NCBI GenBank assembly: GCA_951406725.2
Contig: OX597840.1
Coordinates: forward strand, 30,194,001-30,258,000
Length of the DNA stretch: 64,000 nt
Reading direction: 5' to 3'
DNA from: Octopus vulgaris
Taxonomy: Eukaryota
Under the pieces are notes generated by a model. The model saw nothing but the letters and a program-made list of their open reading frames with translations, did no database searches and was not told where the DNA came from. The position numbers and the translations under genes are program-made. Positions 1 through 12,425 of the stretch are shown piece after piece. The stretch's first letter is position 1. The number at the start of each line of letters is the position of its first letter.

Positions 1-550
1 CTGCATTTTTTGGAACATAAATATCAACCCAATTGACTGGTACTTTATTCTATCAACCTCAGAAAGATGTAAAACAGCTAAAATTTGGTAGGATTTGAAC
101 CTAAATATGTAAAGAACCATAACCAAGACTTATGATGGTTGAGATGGGTGTTCAGCCAGTATACTGGTTCAGGGCCAAGGTAAAGGTCCCAGTTATTTAT
201 TGAAGAATTTTCCTAAACCTAAAAGAGCTCAGCACCTTTCAACTTTTGAAAGACAAATCACCCCCTTTTGTCACGGGTCCCCCATTCTCAGGATCAACCC
301 TTTCCGTTCTGTTAACCCTAAATGTAACCCCTTTTCTCCTGAGCTATGACAGCTATACCTCATCGTTGACACCTCTCTCATTTATGCCATGGATTATCAA
401 GAACCCAACACCATTGCTTGTCTCTCATTATATCCAGGTACCCTCAAGCCTGGGTTCTTGAAAGGAATTTTATTCTGCTTTGCCAAATTTCTCCTGGAGA
501 TTTGGACTATAATTATATTCTGCAATGCCATTTTTCCATTATTTCAACAA

Positions 551-737
551 TTCTTCTTCTTCTTCTTCTTCTTCTTCTTCTTCTTCTTCTTCTTCTTCTT
601 CTTCTTCTTCTTCTTCTTCTTCTTCTTCTTCTTCTTCTTCTTCTTCTTCTTCTTCTTCTTCTTCTTCTTCTTCACCTCCACCTCCTCCTCTTCCTCTTTA
701 TGATGATGAGGATGATGATGATGATGATGATGATGAT
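551..737. repeat. (TTC)n tract followed by (GAT)n microsatellite
   Basis: Directly visible; source of the poly-F/L/S/D ORFs. Confidence 0.97.
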
Positions 738-811
738 TTCAAATTTTTCGACAAGGGCAGCCAATTTGGGGGAGGAGATGTGTCGATTACATCAACCCCA
801 GTATTCCACTG

Positions 812-900
812 ATACTTAATTGATTGACCCCAAAAGAATGAAAGGCAATGTTGACCTCAGTGGAATTTGACCACAGAATGTAGAGACAGACAAAATGCCA
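812..900 (-). mobile_element. Fragment of tRNA-derived SINE group B
   Basis: Reverse complement matches the body of the full copy at 62967-63197. Confidence 0.75.
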
Positions 901-903
901 CAG

Positions 904-1028
904 GTGAAATCAATAGCAAAGGAAAATGCGTTCGAACAATTGGCTGACAGGTGGGAACAAAAACCTCTGCATGGAAAATATGTGGTTCGTAGCAAATAAG
1001 CTGATGTAGACCAGAAGCACACCCATCA
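904..1028 (+). mobile_element. R4/Dong-type (REL-endonuclease) non-LTR retrotransposon remnant, left piece
   Basis: Translates VKSIAKENAFEQLADRWEQKPLHGKYVVRSK*ADVDQKHTHQ; the WxxKPLHGxY motif is typical of the post-RT region; continues in frame at 5389. Confidence 0.8.
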
Positions 1029-4000
1029 AAGAAGCTTGAGAGGCGGTTGGATGGAACCTACACTCGCCTCCTTATGAGAGCTCAAAATCTCTCGTGGAAG
1101 CGTCATCCAACCAAAGTACAAATATATGGGAAACTACCACCTGTGTCATCTCTTGTGAAAGGTAGGAGAGTCCAGTTTGCTGGACATTGTTGTAGAGCTG
1201 AAAAAGAAGTAATTTCTACTCTTCTCCTCTGGAAGACATCTACTCGCAATACCAGAGGGCGCACACTCTTCGAGAGGCAGTTGGATGGAACCTACACTCG
1301 CCTCCTTATGAGAGCTCAAAATCTCTCGTGGAAGCGTCATCCAACCAAAGTACAAATATATGGGAAACTACCACCTGTGTCATCTCTTGTGAAAGGTAGG
1401 AGAGTCCAGTTTGCAGGACATTGTTGTAGAGCTGAAAACGAGGCAATTTCTACTCTTCTCCTCTGGAAGCCATCTACTCGCAATACCAGAGGGCGCACAC
1501 TCTTCGAGAGGCAGTTGGATGGAACCTACACTCGCCTCCTTATGAGAGCTCAAAATCTCTCGTGGAAACGTCATCCAACCAAAATGCAAATATATGGGAA
1601 ACTACCACCTGTGTCATCTCTTGTGAAAGGTAGGAGAGTCCAGTTTGCTGGACATTGTTGTAGAGCTGAAAACGAGGCAATTTTTACTCTTCTCCTCTGG
1701 AAGACATCTACTCGCAATACCAGAGGGCGCACACTCTTCGAGAGGCAGTTGGATGGAACCTACACTCGCCTCCTTATGAGAGCTCAAAATCTCTCGTGGA
1801 AATGTCATCCAACCAAAATGCAAATATATGGGAAACTACCACCTGTGACATCTCTTGTGAAAGGTAGGAGAGTTCAGTTTGCTGGACATTGTTGTAGAGC
1901 TGAAAACGAGGCAATTTCTACTCTTCTCCTCGGGAAGACATCTACTCGCAATACCAGAGGGCGCACACTCTTCGAGAGGCAGTTGGATGGAACCTACACT
2001 CGCCTCCTTATGAGAGCTCAAAATCTCTCGTGGAAACGTCATCCAACCAAAATGCAAATATATGGGAAACTACCACCTGTGTCATCTCTTGTGAAAGGTA
2101 GGAGAGTTCAGTTTGCTGGACATTGTTGTAGAGCTGAAAACGAGGCAATTTCTACTCTTCTCCTCTGGAAGCCATCTACTCGCGATACCAGAGGGCGCAC
2201 ACTCTTCGAGAGGCAGTTGGATGGAACCTACACTCGCCTCCTTATGAGAGCTCAAAATCTCTCGTGGAAGCGTCATCCAACCAAAGTACAAATATATGGG
2301 AAACTACCACCTGTGTCATCTCTTGTGAAAGGTAGGAGAGTCCAGTTTGCTGGACATTGTTGTAGAGCTGAAAACGAGGCAATTTCTACTCTTCTCCTCT
2401 GGAAGCCATCTACTCGCAATACCAGAGGGCGCACACTCTTCGAGAGGCAGTTGGATGGAACCTACACTCGCCTCCTTATGAGAGCTCAAAATCTCTCGTG
2501 GAAGCGTCATCCAACCAAAATGCAAATATATGGTAAACTACCACCTGTGTCATCTCTTGTGAAAGGTAGGAGAGTCCAGTTTGCTGGACATTGTTGTAGA
2601 GCTGAAAACGAGGCAATTTCTACTCTTCTCCTCTGGAAGCCATCTACTCACAATACCAGAGGGCGCACACTCTTCGAGAGGCAGTTGGATGGAACCTACA
2701 CTCGCCTCCTTATGAGAGCTCAAAATCTCTCATGGAAGCGTCATCCAACCAAAATGCAAATATATGGGAAACTACCACCTGTGTCATCTCTTGTGAAAGG
2801 TAGAAGAGTCCAGTTTGCTGGACATTGTTGTAGAGCTGAAAACGAGGCAATTTCTACTCTTCTCCTCTGGAAGACATCTACTCGCAATACCAGAGGGCGC
2901 ACACTCTTCGAGAGGCAGTTGGATGGAACCTACACTCGCCTCCTTATGAGAGCTCAAAATCTCTCATGGAAGCGTCATCCAACCAAAATGCAAATATATG
3001 GGAAACTACCACCTGTGTCATCTCTTGTGAAAGGTAGAAGAGTCCAGTTTGCTGGACATTGTTGTAGAGCTGAAAACGAGGCAATTTCTACTCTTCTCCT
3101 CTGGAAGACATCTACTTGCAATACCAGAGGGCGCACACTCTTCGAGAGGCAGTTGGATGGAACCTACACTCGCCTCCTTATGAGAGCTCAAAATCTCTCA
3201 TGGAAGCGTCATCCAACCAAAATGCAAATATATGGGAAACTACCACCTGTGTCATCTCTTGTGAAAGGTAGAAGAGTCCAGTTTGCTGGACATTGTTGTA
3301 GAGCTGAAAACGAGGCAATTTCTACTCTTCTCCTCTGGAAGACATCTACTCGCAATACCAGAGGGCGCACACTCTTCGAGAGGCAGTTGGATGGAACCTA
3401 CACTCGCCTCCTTATGAGAGCTCAAAATCTCTCATGGAAGCGTCATCCAACCAAAATGCAAATATATGGGAAACTACCACCTGTGTCATCTCTTGTGAAA
3501 GGTAGAAGAGTCCAGTTTGCTGGACATTGTTGTAGAGCTGAAAACGAGGCAATTTCTACTCTTCTCCTCTGGAAGCCATCTACTCGCAATACCAGAGGGC
3601 GCACACTCTTCGAGAGGCAGTTGGATGGAACCTACACTCGCCTCCTTATGAGAGCTCAAAATCTCTCGTGGAAGCGTCATCCAACCAAAATGCAAATATA
3701 TGGTAAACTACCACCTGTGTCATCTCTTGTGAAAGGTAGGAGAGTCCAGTTTGCTGGACATTGTTGTAGAGCTGAAAACGAGGCAATTTCTACTCTTCTC
3801 CTCTGGAAGCCATCTACTCGCAATACCAGAGGGCGCACACTCTTCGAGAGGCAGTTGGATGGAACCTACACTCGCCTCCTTATGAGAGCTCAAAATCTCT
3901 CATGGAAGCGTCATCCAACCAAAATGCAAATATATGGGAAACTACCACCTGTGTCATCTCTTGTGAAAGGTAGAAGAGTCCAGTTTGCTGGACATTGTTG

Positions 4001-5385
4001 TAGAGCTGAAAACGAGGCAATTTCTACTCTTCTCCTCTGGAAGACATCTACTCGCAATACCAGAGGGCGCACACTCTTCGAGAGGCAGTTGGATGGAACC
4101 TACACTCGCCTCCTTATGAGAGCTCAAAATCTCTCATGGAAGCGTCATCCAACCAAAATGCAAATATATGGGAAACTACCACCTCAAAGTGTCATCTCTT
4201 GTGAAAGGTAGAAGAGTCCAGTTTGCTGGACATTGTTGTAGAGCTGAAAACGAGGCAATTTCTACTCTTCTCCTCTGGAAGACATCTACTCGCAATACCA
4301 GAGGGCGCACACTCTTCGAGAGGCAGTTGGATGGAACCTACACTCGCCTCCTTATGAGAGCTCAAAATCTCTCATGGAAGCGTCATCCAACCAAAATGCA
4401 AATATATGGGAAACTACCACCTGTGTCATCTCTTGTGAAAGGTAGAAGAGTCCAGTTTGCTGGACATTGTTGTAGAGCTGAAAACGAGGCAATTTCTACT
4501 CTTCTCCTCTGGAAGACATCTACTCGCAATACCAGAGGGCGCACACTCTTCGAGAGGCAGTTGGATGGAACCTACACTCGCCTCCTTATGAGAGCTCAAA
4601 ATCTCTCATGGAAGCGTCATCCAACCAAAATGCAAATATATGGGAAACTACCACCTGTGTCATCTCTTGTGAAAGGTAGAAGAGTCCAGTTTGCTGGACA
4701 TTGTTGTAGAGCTGAAAACGAGGCAATTTCTACTCTTCTCCTCTGGAAGACATCTACTCGCAATACCAGAGGGCGCACACTCTTCGAGAGGCAGTTGGAT
4801 GGAACCTACACTCGCCTCCTTATGAGAGCTCAAAATCTCTCATGGAAGCGTCATCCAACCAAAATGCAAATATATGGGAAACTACCACCTGTGTCATCTC
4901 TTGTGAAAGGTAGGAGAGTCCAGTTTGCTGGACATTGTTGTAGAGCTGAAAACGAGGCAATTTTTACTCTTCTCCTCTGGAAGACATCTACTCGCAATAC
5001 CAGAGGGCGCACACTCTTCGAGAGGCAGTTGGATGGAACCTACACTCGCCTCCTTATGAGAGCTCAAAATCTCTCGTGGAAGTGTCATCCAACCAAAATG
5101 CAAATATATGGGAAACTACCACCTGTGTCATCTCTTGTGAAAGGTAGAAGAGTCCAGTTTGCTGGACATTGTTGTAGAGCTGAAAACGAGGCAATTTCTA
5201 CTCTTCTCCTCTGGAAGCCATCTACTCGCAATACCAGAGGGCATACACTCTCCTACCCTGATGTAATCTCCAGGGATACAGGCATCCAGCAACAGGACCT
5301 CCATAATGCCATGATGGACCGTGAAGTCTGGTGTAGCATGGTAAATTCCATTGTCTCGACCATGGTCGAACAATGATGATGATGA
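1029..5385 (+). mobile_element. 5'-truncated RTE-like LINE 3' end with internal 18 x 234 bp tandem amplification
   Basis: Peptide LDGTYTRLLMRAQNLSW...RRVQFAGHCCR...LLLWKP...MMDREVW* resembles RTE-clade C-termini; (TGA)n tail; ATCA on both sides (1025-1028, 5385-5388). Confidence 0.85.
1038..5251 (+). repeat. 234-bp tandem array, 18 units, 78 codons each
   Basis: Units start at 1038, 1272, 1506 ... 4080, then 4318 ... 5020 after a 4-bp insertion CAAA at 4185-4188. Confidence 0.97.
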
Positions 5386-5388
5386 TCA

Positions 5389-6530
5389 GTGAATACAGAG
5401 CTCAGGTCTAAAGGCAGAGAGTGAACACTTTATTTTGGCTGCTCAAGATCAGAGCTTATTGACCCAGAACTATCAAACCAATTGAGTAGACCCAAAGTGC
5501 TGATACTGCAATGATGGGATTGAAATAGTGGACCACCTAATCTCTGGGTGTAAGGTTTTAGCACCTGTAGAATACAAATCAAGACTTGACAGACTTGGCC
5601 AATATTTACATTGGATAATGTGTCACTATTGTAAAATCAAAACTGCTCTAAAATGGTACAAGTACCACCCTGGGGCTGTAACTGAAGGCAAAAATATAAT
5701 GATTCTTTGGGACGTTCCATTATGTACAGACCAAACCATCAAAATTAATAAACCAGAAATTGTTGTGAAAGACCAATACAATAAAGTCTGCTTATTGATT
5801 GACATGAGTGTTCATAATATCGTAATACCTAGGCAAAATAATTTGGTAAGCTCAGAAGATATTAAGATTTCCTAATCGATATTGAAAAGATGTGGCATCT
5901 TAATATGGTTACAATACCAGTGATTGTAGGAGCACTTGGAATGATCAAAAAACGAACTGAAAATTATTTTTGAGAATGATGCCTGGCTTACCATCCATGC
6001 AGGGAGTGCAAAAGATTGTCTTAACTGGTACGTCACATGTATTGAGAAGAGCTTTGTCTATTTTTTAAAATATATTTCTTTACTGCCCATAAGGGGCTAA
6101 ACATAGAGGGGACAAACAAGGACAGACAAAGGGATTAAGTCGATATATATTGACCCCAGTGCGTAACTGGTTCTTAATTTATCGACCCCGAAAGGATGAA
6201 AGGCAAAGTCGACCTCGGCGGAATTTGAACTCAGAACGTAACGGCCGATGAAATACAGCTATGCATTTCGCCCGGTGTGCTAATGTTTCTGCCAGCTTGT
6301 TGCTTTGTCACTGTGAATTTTCTTTCCTTCTTTCACTTTATTTTCTTTGTTTATTTTTTTTATTTCTTATTTTTCTCTCAGGCTTTCTTCCTCTTCTCTA
6401 TCACATCTCTTTGTAAATGAACAATCTGGTGTGTTTGTTTTAATGGCCTACCAATGGAGACAGTGAGTTTCTCTGCCCTAGGTATCAGGAAGACACTCGG
6501 CAAGAAATGGAAACAAAATTAAAAGATGAT
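5389..6530 (+). mobile_element. R4/Dong-type LINE remnant: zinc knuckle, REL endonuclease and 3' UTR
   Basis: *IQSSGLKAESEHFILAAQDQSLLTQNYQ; CxxC..DHLISGC knuckle; ILWD..KPEIV..LLIDMSV; IPVIVGALG; VLRRALS; stops and frameshifts; ends at an (AAT)n tract; interrupted by a SINE at ~6060-6300. Confidence 0.85.
6070..6300 (-). mobile_element. tRNA-derived SINE group B
   Basis: Near full length; B-box-like GAGTTCAAATTCC on the minus strand; GCTTTGTC on both flanks. Confidence 0.9.
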
Positions 6531-6560
6531 GATAACAACAATAATAATAATAATAATAAT

Positions 6561-6826
6561 AATCATCATCATCATCATCATCGTTTAGTGTTCGCTTTCC
6601 ATGCTAGTTTGGGTTGGACGGTTCACCTGGGGTCTGGGAAGCCAGAAGGCTGCACCAGGCTCCAGTCTGATCTGGCAATGTTTCTACGGCTGGATGCCCT
6701 TCCTAACGCCAACCACTCCGTGAATGTAGTGGGTGCTTTTTATGTGCCACCGGCACAGGTGCCAGATGTGGCTGGCAAACGGCCACGATCGGATGGTGCT
6801 TTTTACGTGCCACCGGCACGGACGTG
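6561..6826 (-). mobile_element. 3' UTR fragment of RTE-like LINE with (GAT)n tail
   Basis: Reverse complement of 53860-54052. Confidence 0.85.
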
Positions 6827-6834
6827 CCAATAAT

Positions 6835-7045
6835 AATCCTTTCTGCTAAAGGCACAAGGCCTGAAATTAAGGGGAATAGTTGATTACATCGACCCCAGTG
6901 TTTCACTGGTACTTAATTTATCAACCCCAAAAGGATAAAAGGCAAAGTAGACCTCGGAGAAATTTGAACATAGAAGGTGAAGTCTGACGATATACTACTA
7001 AGCATTTTGCTCAGCATGTTAACAACTCTTCCAGCTCACCACCTT
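6835..7045 (-). mobile_element. SINE group B-related copy within (AAT)n
   Basis: Shares the ACATCGACCCCAGT...AAAGGCAAAGT.GACCTCGG..GAAATTTGAAC body. Confidence 0.75.
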
Positions 7046-7046
7046 C

Positions 7047-7101
<55 letters not shown>

Positions 7102-7392
7102 TGATGATAACGATGATAATAAATGCTCTGAAAGATATGTAAGACAGGAAAAATACCATTTCTTTTAACACCTTTTTTTGTTTATTGTTGTCCAATTTCA
7201 ACACTTCAGGTTTTACATACATCTGTCAGCCAAATTCTTTTTTTTTTTTCTAAGAATTTCTCTGCTGTCTTTACCAGTTCTTTTTTTTTTGCTGTTGTTT
7301 TGTTTTGTTTTTTTCGTTTTCTGGAATCAAAAACCCATTATTTTAAACTTACAGTTTTGTAATGCAATACCATTTTTGTCAATCAAATATAA

Positions 7393-7396
<4 letters not shown>

Positions 7397-7486
<90 letters not shown>

Positions 7487-7633
7487 ATCTCTCTCTGTCT
7501 CTCTCCATCAAACGAGCAATCAAATACTCAATACCTGTTGTTGTTCTTCTTCTTCTTCTTCTTCTTTTACTTATTAATATTCTTATTACTGTCATTACTT
7601 CTACTACTACTTCTCCTCCTCCTAATACTACTC

Positions 7634-7671
<38 letters not shown>

Positions 7672-7717
7672 GATAATAATAATAATAATAATAACAATAA
7701 TAATAATAAAAATACTA

Positions 7718-7752
<35 letters not shown>

Positions 7753-7790
7753 TGTAATAATAAAAATAATAATAGTAATACTACTACTAC

Positions 7791-7843
<53 letters not shown>

Positions 7844-7850
7844 TATTATT
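7397..7850. repeat. (CT)n, (TTC)n, (CTA)n, (AAT)n microsatellite cluster
   Basis: Directly visible. Confidence 0.95.
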
Positions 7851-7916
7851 AATTCCATTCCATAGAATGTCACAGATATTTTCTTCTGATATAATTCCTT
7901 TCACATCTACAAGGCA

Positions 7917-7952
7917 TCCATCATCATCATCATCACCATCGTCATCGCCACC

Positions 7953-7986
<34 letters not shown>

Positions 7987-8115
7987 GGTGTCATCTACAC
8001 TCAGCAGGGTGAATGCCATGGATTTTGCTATCTGAATGTTCCTTCTGATATCCTTATTATAGATTCTCCGTATTTTAAATCTGTCCAGTTCTTGATATCA
8101 TCCGAGTGATTCTTG
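7917..8115 (-). mobile_element. Degenerate RTE-like LINE 3' end with (GAT)n tail
   Basis: Minus strand reads DDIKNWTDLKY... followed by (GAT)n. Confidence 0.5.
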
Positions 8116-8711
8116 TTCCTACCAACTTTCCTTCTCTCTTTTCCCCATTCATTTTACTTTCTGTTATCACTCTCTCTCTCTCTCTCTGTTTCCTTCCACC
8201 CTTTTCTCTTTCTCTCTGTTTCCTTCCACCCTTTTTCTCTTTCTATTGTGAGACATGTTTTCAAATTAAGTGTCCAAAATATTTTCGTTTTTTTTATCTT
8301 TGATAAAGTCTAAAGAAATTTTCATACTTTTTACCGTTTTTAGTTCTTCACCAACAGCAGTTTTGTGATCTGCATTATCAGAATATATAAATCAGCTCAG
8401 CCTCTCGCTGATACTCTATCTTATCAACTTCAGAATGATACACGTAATAGATTAATAAAAACAAAAAAAAAAAAGAAAAATAGGCCAGTCTAAGAGAAAA
8501 ATGATCAAGCCCCAATCAGACTTGGTATAGAGAGAGCTTGTCATTGGTAACGCCACGTAAGTTATCAAAAGTACTTTGATCACACTAACTGATTGATTGG
8601 GGGAGTAGAAAATTAATCAAACAATCAATTTAATTGATTGGTTTTATCCAACCCATGCTAGCATGGAAAACGGATGTTAAGTGATGATGATGATGATGAT
8701 GATAATGATGA

Positions 8712-9040
8712 TGGGCAAGTGTCTTCTACTATAGCCTCGGGCCGACCAAAGCCTTGTGAGTGGATTTGGTAGATGGAAATTGAAAGAAGCCCATCGTATA
8801 TATGTATATATGTATGTGTGTATGTGTTTGTGTGTGTATTTATCCCCTCAACATCGCTTGACAACCGATGCTAGTATGTTCACGTCCCTGTAACTTAACG
8901 GTTCGGCAAAAGATACCGATAGAATAAGTACTAGGCTTATAAAGAATAAGTCCTGGGGTCGATTTGCTTGACTAAAGGTGGTGCTCCAGCATGGCCACAG
9001 TCAAATGACTGAAACAAGTAAAAGAGAAATTAAAGAGTAA
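8712..9040 (+). mobile_element. SINE group A, 5'-truncated
   Basis: Matches 30133-30545 from GGGCAAGTGTC onward. Confidence 0.9.
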
Positions 9041-9534
9041 GTATTGTGTCCAGTGAGTTGGTCAGCTCACACACTTGTATCCAAATTTTGGCATAAGAAG
9101 AATCGGTTAATTGATTACTAGCTGGTTAGTAGTGATTAGTAGGTTACTTGGTTACTTTGACCGGCAGTGCTTGGTTGGTGCTTATTTTCTCGGTGCCAAG
9201 AGGACAAAAGGTGAAGTTGACCTTTGCTGAACTTGAACTCAGAATGTACAATAGAAGAATGCATAGTATACAATGATAGAGGAGAAACTCCAACTAAGAC
9301 CAATGAAGGAACCCCACAGACCTAGGATCACCAAAGGCATGAGCCTGCATCAAACTGTCACTCTCCGATCAACAGGCATCTGCTTGGAGTAGACCCATTC
9401 ACCCTAACCATTTTTGCAACAGTCACCTGTCTTTCTGCAAAGTCAGTGGAAGAGAGAGAGAGAGCACTTTCCTTTCCACCTCACTTTCCTTTTCAAATGG
9501 AACTTTAAAAAATTGATGAGAGCTTCACCAAAGC

Positions 9535-10057
9535 TTCTGATCTTAACGGAATGGAAGTGTTATCGTGTACGTTGTTTTTTCTTGGTATAAAAGATGGGCT
9601 ACAGCAAATATTCTGCTCAATACCACAGATTTGCTTGTCAGTTGTTTGACCTTAACCAGTTGAGCATGTCCCTTAGTGGCTGACGATATGTGCATCTCTG
9701 ATCACGAGCAGAAGTAGTGGGGAGCATCATAGCCATGTGTTGAGAGGGATTCTTTGGGGTCTGAACAATTCACCTTTGGAAATATGGGTGTTTCGTTCAA
9801 CATCCTTAAACAACCCCTATTCAGGGACCTTTTGAGTGGGATGGGTTGCTTGACCAGAAGAACATTCTAACTGGGCCCCACCTGTAAGGTCCATGTGCTG
9901 TTTATCTTGATATGAGATCACCATGTCACGCACATATGGTTGTGATGCATGTGCCTGGTGTACCCTTATCAGCTGGGTAGTCATGATGGGTATACTGGGC
10001 TTCGTATATTTGTACCCCAGTGTCACTTTGATGGCATGCACTGCTTTCTCACTCCTC

Positions 10058-10058
<1 letters not shown>
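9535..10058 (+). mobile_element. (AAT)n-associated 5'-truncated retroelement 3' end, copy 1
   Basis: Closely similar to 18128-18675 and 58884-59052; common 3' end before AAT-type repeats. Confidence 0.85.
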
Positions 10059-10095
<37 letters not shown>

Positions 10096-10459
10096 TAATA
10101 ATAATAATAATAATAATAAGTGTGATGATGATAATAATAATAATAATAATAATAATAGTAATAATAATAATAACAATAATAATAATAACTCTTTCTACTT
10201 GGGCACAAGACCTGAAATTTTGTGGAGAGGGGGATAATTGATTACATAGGTCCTAGTACTTGAACAGAACTTTATTTAACTGACTTCCAGAAGGATAAAA
10301 GATAGAGTTGACTTCAGAGGAATTAGAACCCAGGAGGAAACGTTAGAAGAGATGCGGCAAAGAATTTTCTCCAGTATCTTAACGCTTCTGCCAATTTGTA
10401 ATAATAACAAAAGTTTAGTTTTGATTGATAAAAGTTTACTCTTGACTGATTCCCTAACA

Positions 10460-10513
<54 letters not shown>

Positions 10514-11487
10514 CAAAGATACAATTCATTTGACTGATAAAAGATATTGGTATACAAAATTATAAGTTTAAAATAATGGGTTTTTTACTAAAAAAAAAAA
10601 GGAAAGAAAACAGTGTAAGTATATATTTTGAGAAAGAAAGAAGAAATCTTCAAACAAAGTGGTTGACAGCAGAATACAAAGTCTGAAGCGTTGAAATTAG
10701 ACAATGAAAATACAAGGAAAAAAGAATTAAAATATTTTGGTAATTTTCTCAGTTTTTGGTTATCTTTCAGAGCATAAAAGAATTCAAAATAAACAAAAGG
10801 AAGAACAGCGATAGTATTTGTGATGGTACTGGTTGTAGTTGTAATGATGGTGGTGTAGAGATGGGGGATCGATAATTTTAATAGATATCAGTCAGTTAAC
10901 ATCTATGTTTTTTTTTTGTTTTTTTTCTTCTTTTTTTTTTTTTGAGTTATTTGTTACTTGAGAAGTGAGTGTTTATTCAACAACGATAGCTTTAGGTCAA
11001 TTGCACCAATTGCTCTCAATCAGACTCAGTACATAAAGTAGAACGGAGGCGGGTGGAGAGGCTGATTAAAGAAAATTTTCCAGCTAACTTCAAAATCTAT
11101 TAAGTAGCAATCTGTGGGGCGCCAATGTTATGCATACTAAAAAACTATTTTAGTTTTCTGAAATAAACATTGTGTTTGTTTTTAATTTGTTTTTTTTTTG
11201 TTTTTTGTTTTTTTCCAATTACAAAATAGATATCTTCATGACTTAGAAATTTTCATAGTATATTTACTGTTGCTGTTGTTGTTGTTGTTGTTAGTATTGT
11301 TGCTTGCCTAGGTCAGGGGGTCTTGATAAATTTGACTTTGTGGCACAGGGGAAATCAGAAAAAAAAAGATGGAAAAAGAAAAATTAACAGGAGCATTTTT
11401 CATAGAAAACTTGAAATTATTGGTACATTTGATTTGTAAGTTTAAGGAAAACTGCTTTGAATTTGAAGTTAAAAATTTATGCAAATA

Positions 11488-11828
11488 GGCGTAGGAGTGG
11501 CTGTGTGGTAAGTAGCCTGCTTACCAACCACATGACTCTGGGTTCAGTCTCTCTGCGTGGCATCTTGGGCAAAGTCTTCTACTATAGCCTCTGGCCGACC
11601 AAAGCCTTGTGAGTGGACTTGGTAGACGGAAACTGAAAGAAGCCCATCATATATATATATACTGGAGTAAACACATAAATGTGAAACAAGGTGGAAAAAA
11701 GAGTACTCAAATACCAGAGGTAGAGTAATATGCTTTATTTAAAAGCAGCAGAAATTCAACAAAACCTGTTACTCAGAGTTTCACGTTCCCATCCATCGGA
11801 CAGTTTTTTTTTTTGCTTTTAAATAAAT

Positions 11829-11859
<31 letters not shown>

Positions 11860-12082
11860 GTGTGTATATGTTTGTGTGTGTGTTTGTCCCACTAGCATTG
11901 CTTGACAACCGATGTTGGTGTGTTTATGTCCCCATTACTTAGCGGTTCAGCAAAAAAGACTGATAGAATAAGTATTGGGCTTACAAAGAATAAGTCCTGG
12001 GGTCAATTTGCTCGACTAAATGCGGTGCTCCAGCATGGCCGCAGTCAAATGACTGAAACAAGTAAAAGATTAAAAAGAGTAA
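11488..12082 (+). mobile_element. SINE group A with a ~165-bp insert in its internal (TA)n
   Basis: Full head and tail; insert at 11661-11828. Confidence 0.9.
11766..11803 (-). ncRNA. Degenerate type I hammerhead-like motif
   Basis: CUGU CCGAUGG AUG-GGAA-CGU GAA ACUC-U-GAGU A ACAG; two core mismatches to CUGANGA. Confidence 0.5.
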
Positions 12083-12389
12083 AGCATCTTCATTGTCATC
12101 ATCATCATCATCCTCCTCCTCCTCATCATCATCATTATCATCATCTTTTTTAGTGTCTGCACTTCCATGCTTTCTCAGGTCGAATAGAATTCCTTGAGGT
12201 AGATTTTCTTTGGCTGAATGTTCTTCTTGTTACTAACGCTGATTTGTTTCTAAGCCAGTAAATATTTTCCTCACTTTTAGACATATTTTCACTGAAGACA
12301 GGAAAAGAACGATACCCTTCAACTCACAGTACCTTGGTCAGCTTTCAGCTGTAATAGAAAACACTTGCTTAATATGGGCAACAACTCCT

Positions 12390-12425
12390 GACATGTTTCA
12401 GTCTTATTTTATCTGACTTCCTCAG
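12390..12425 (-). ncRNA. Hammerhead core
   Basis: CUGAGGA AGUC-loop-GACU GAA ACAUGU C; stem I poorly paired. Confidence 0.5.

Noticed and set aside
130-550. LINE APE endonuclease remnant (minus-strand NGVGFLI)
   Set aside because: Single short motif amid stops; insufficient support
1047-5376. 1054-aa and 402-aa ORFs as host genes
   Set aside because: They are amplified LINE C-terminal sequence without RT or endonuclease domains; the listed start is TTG; no expression evidence
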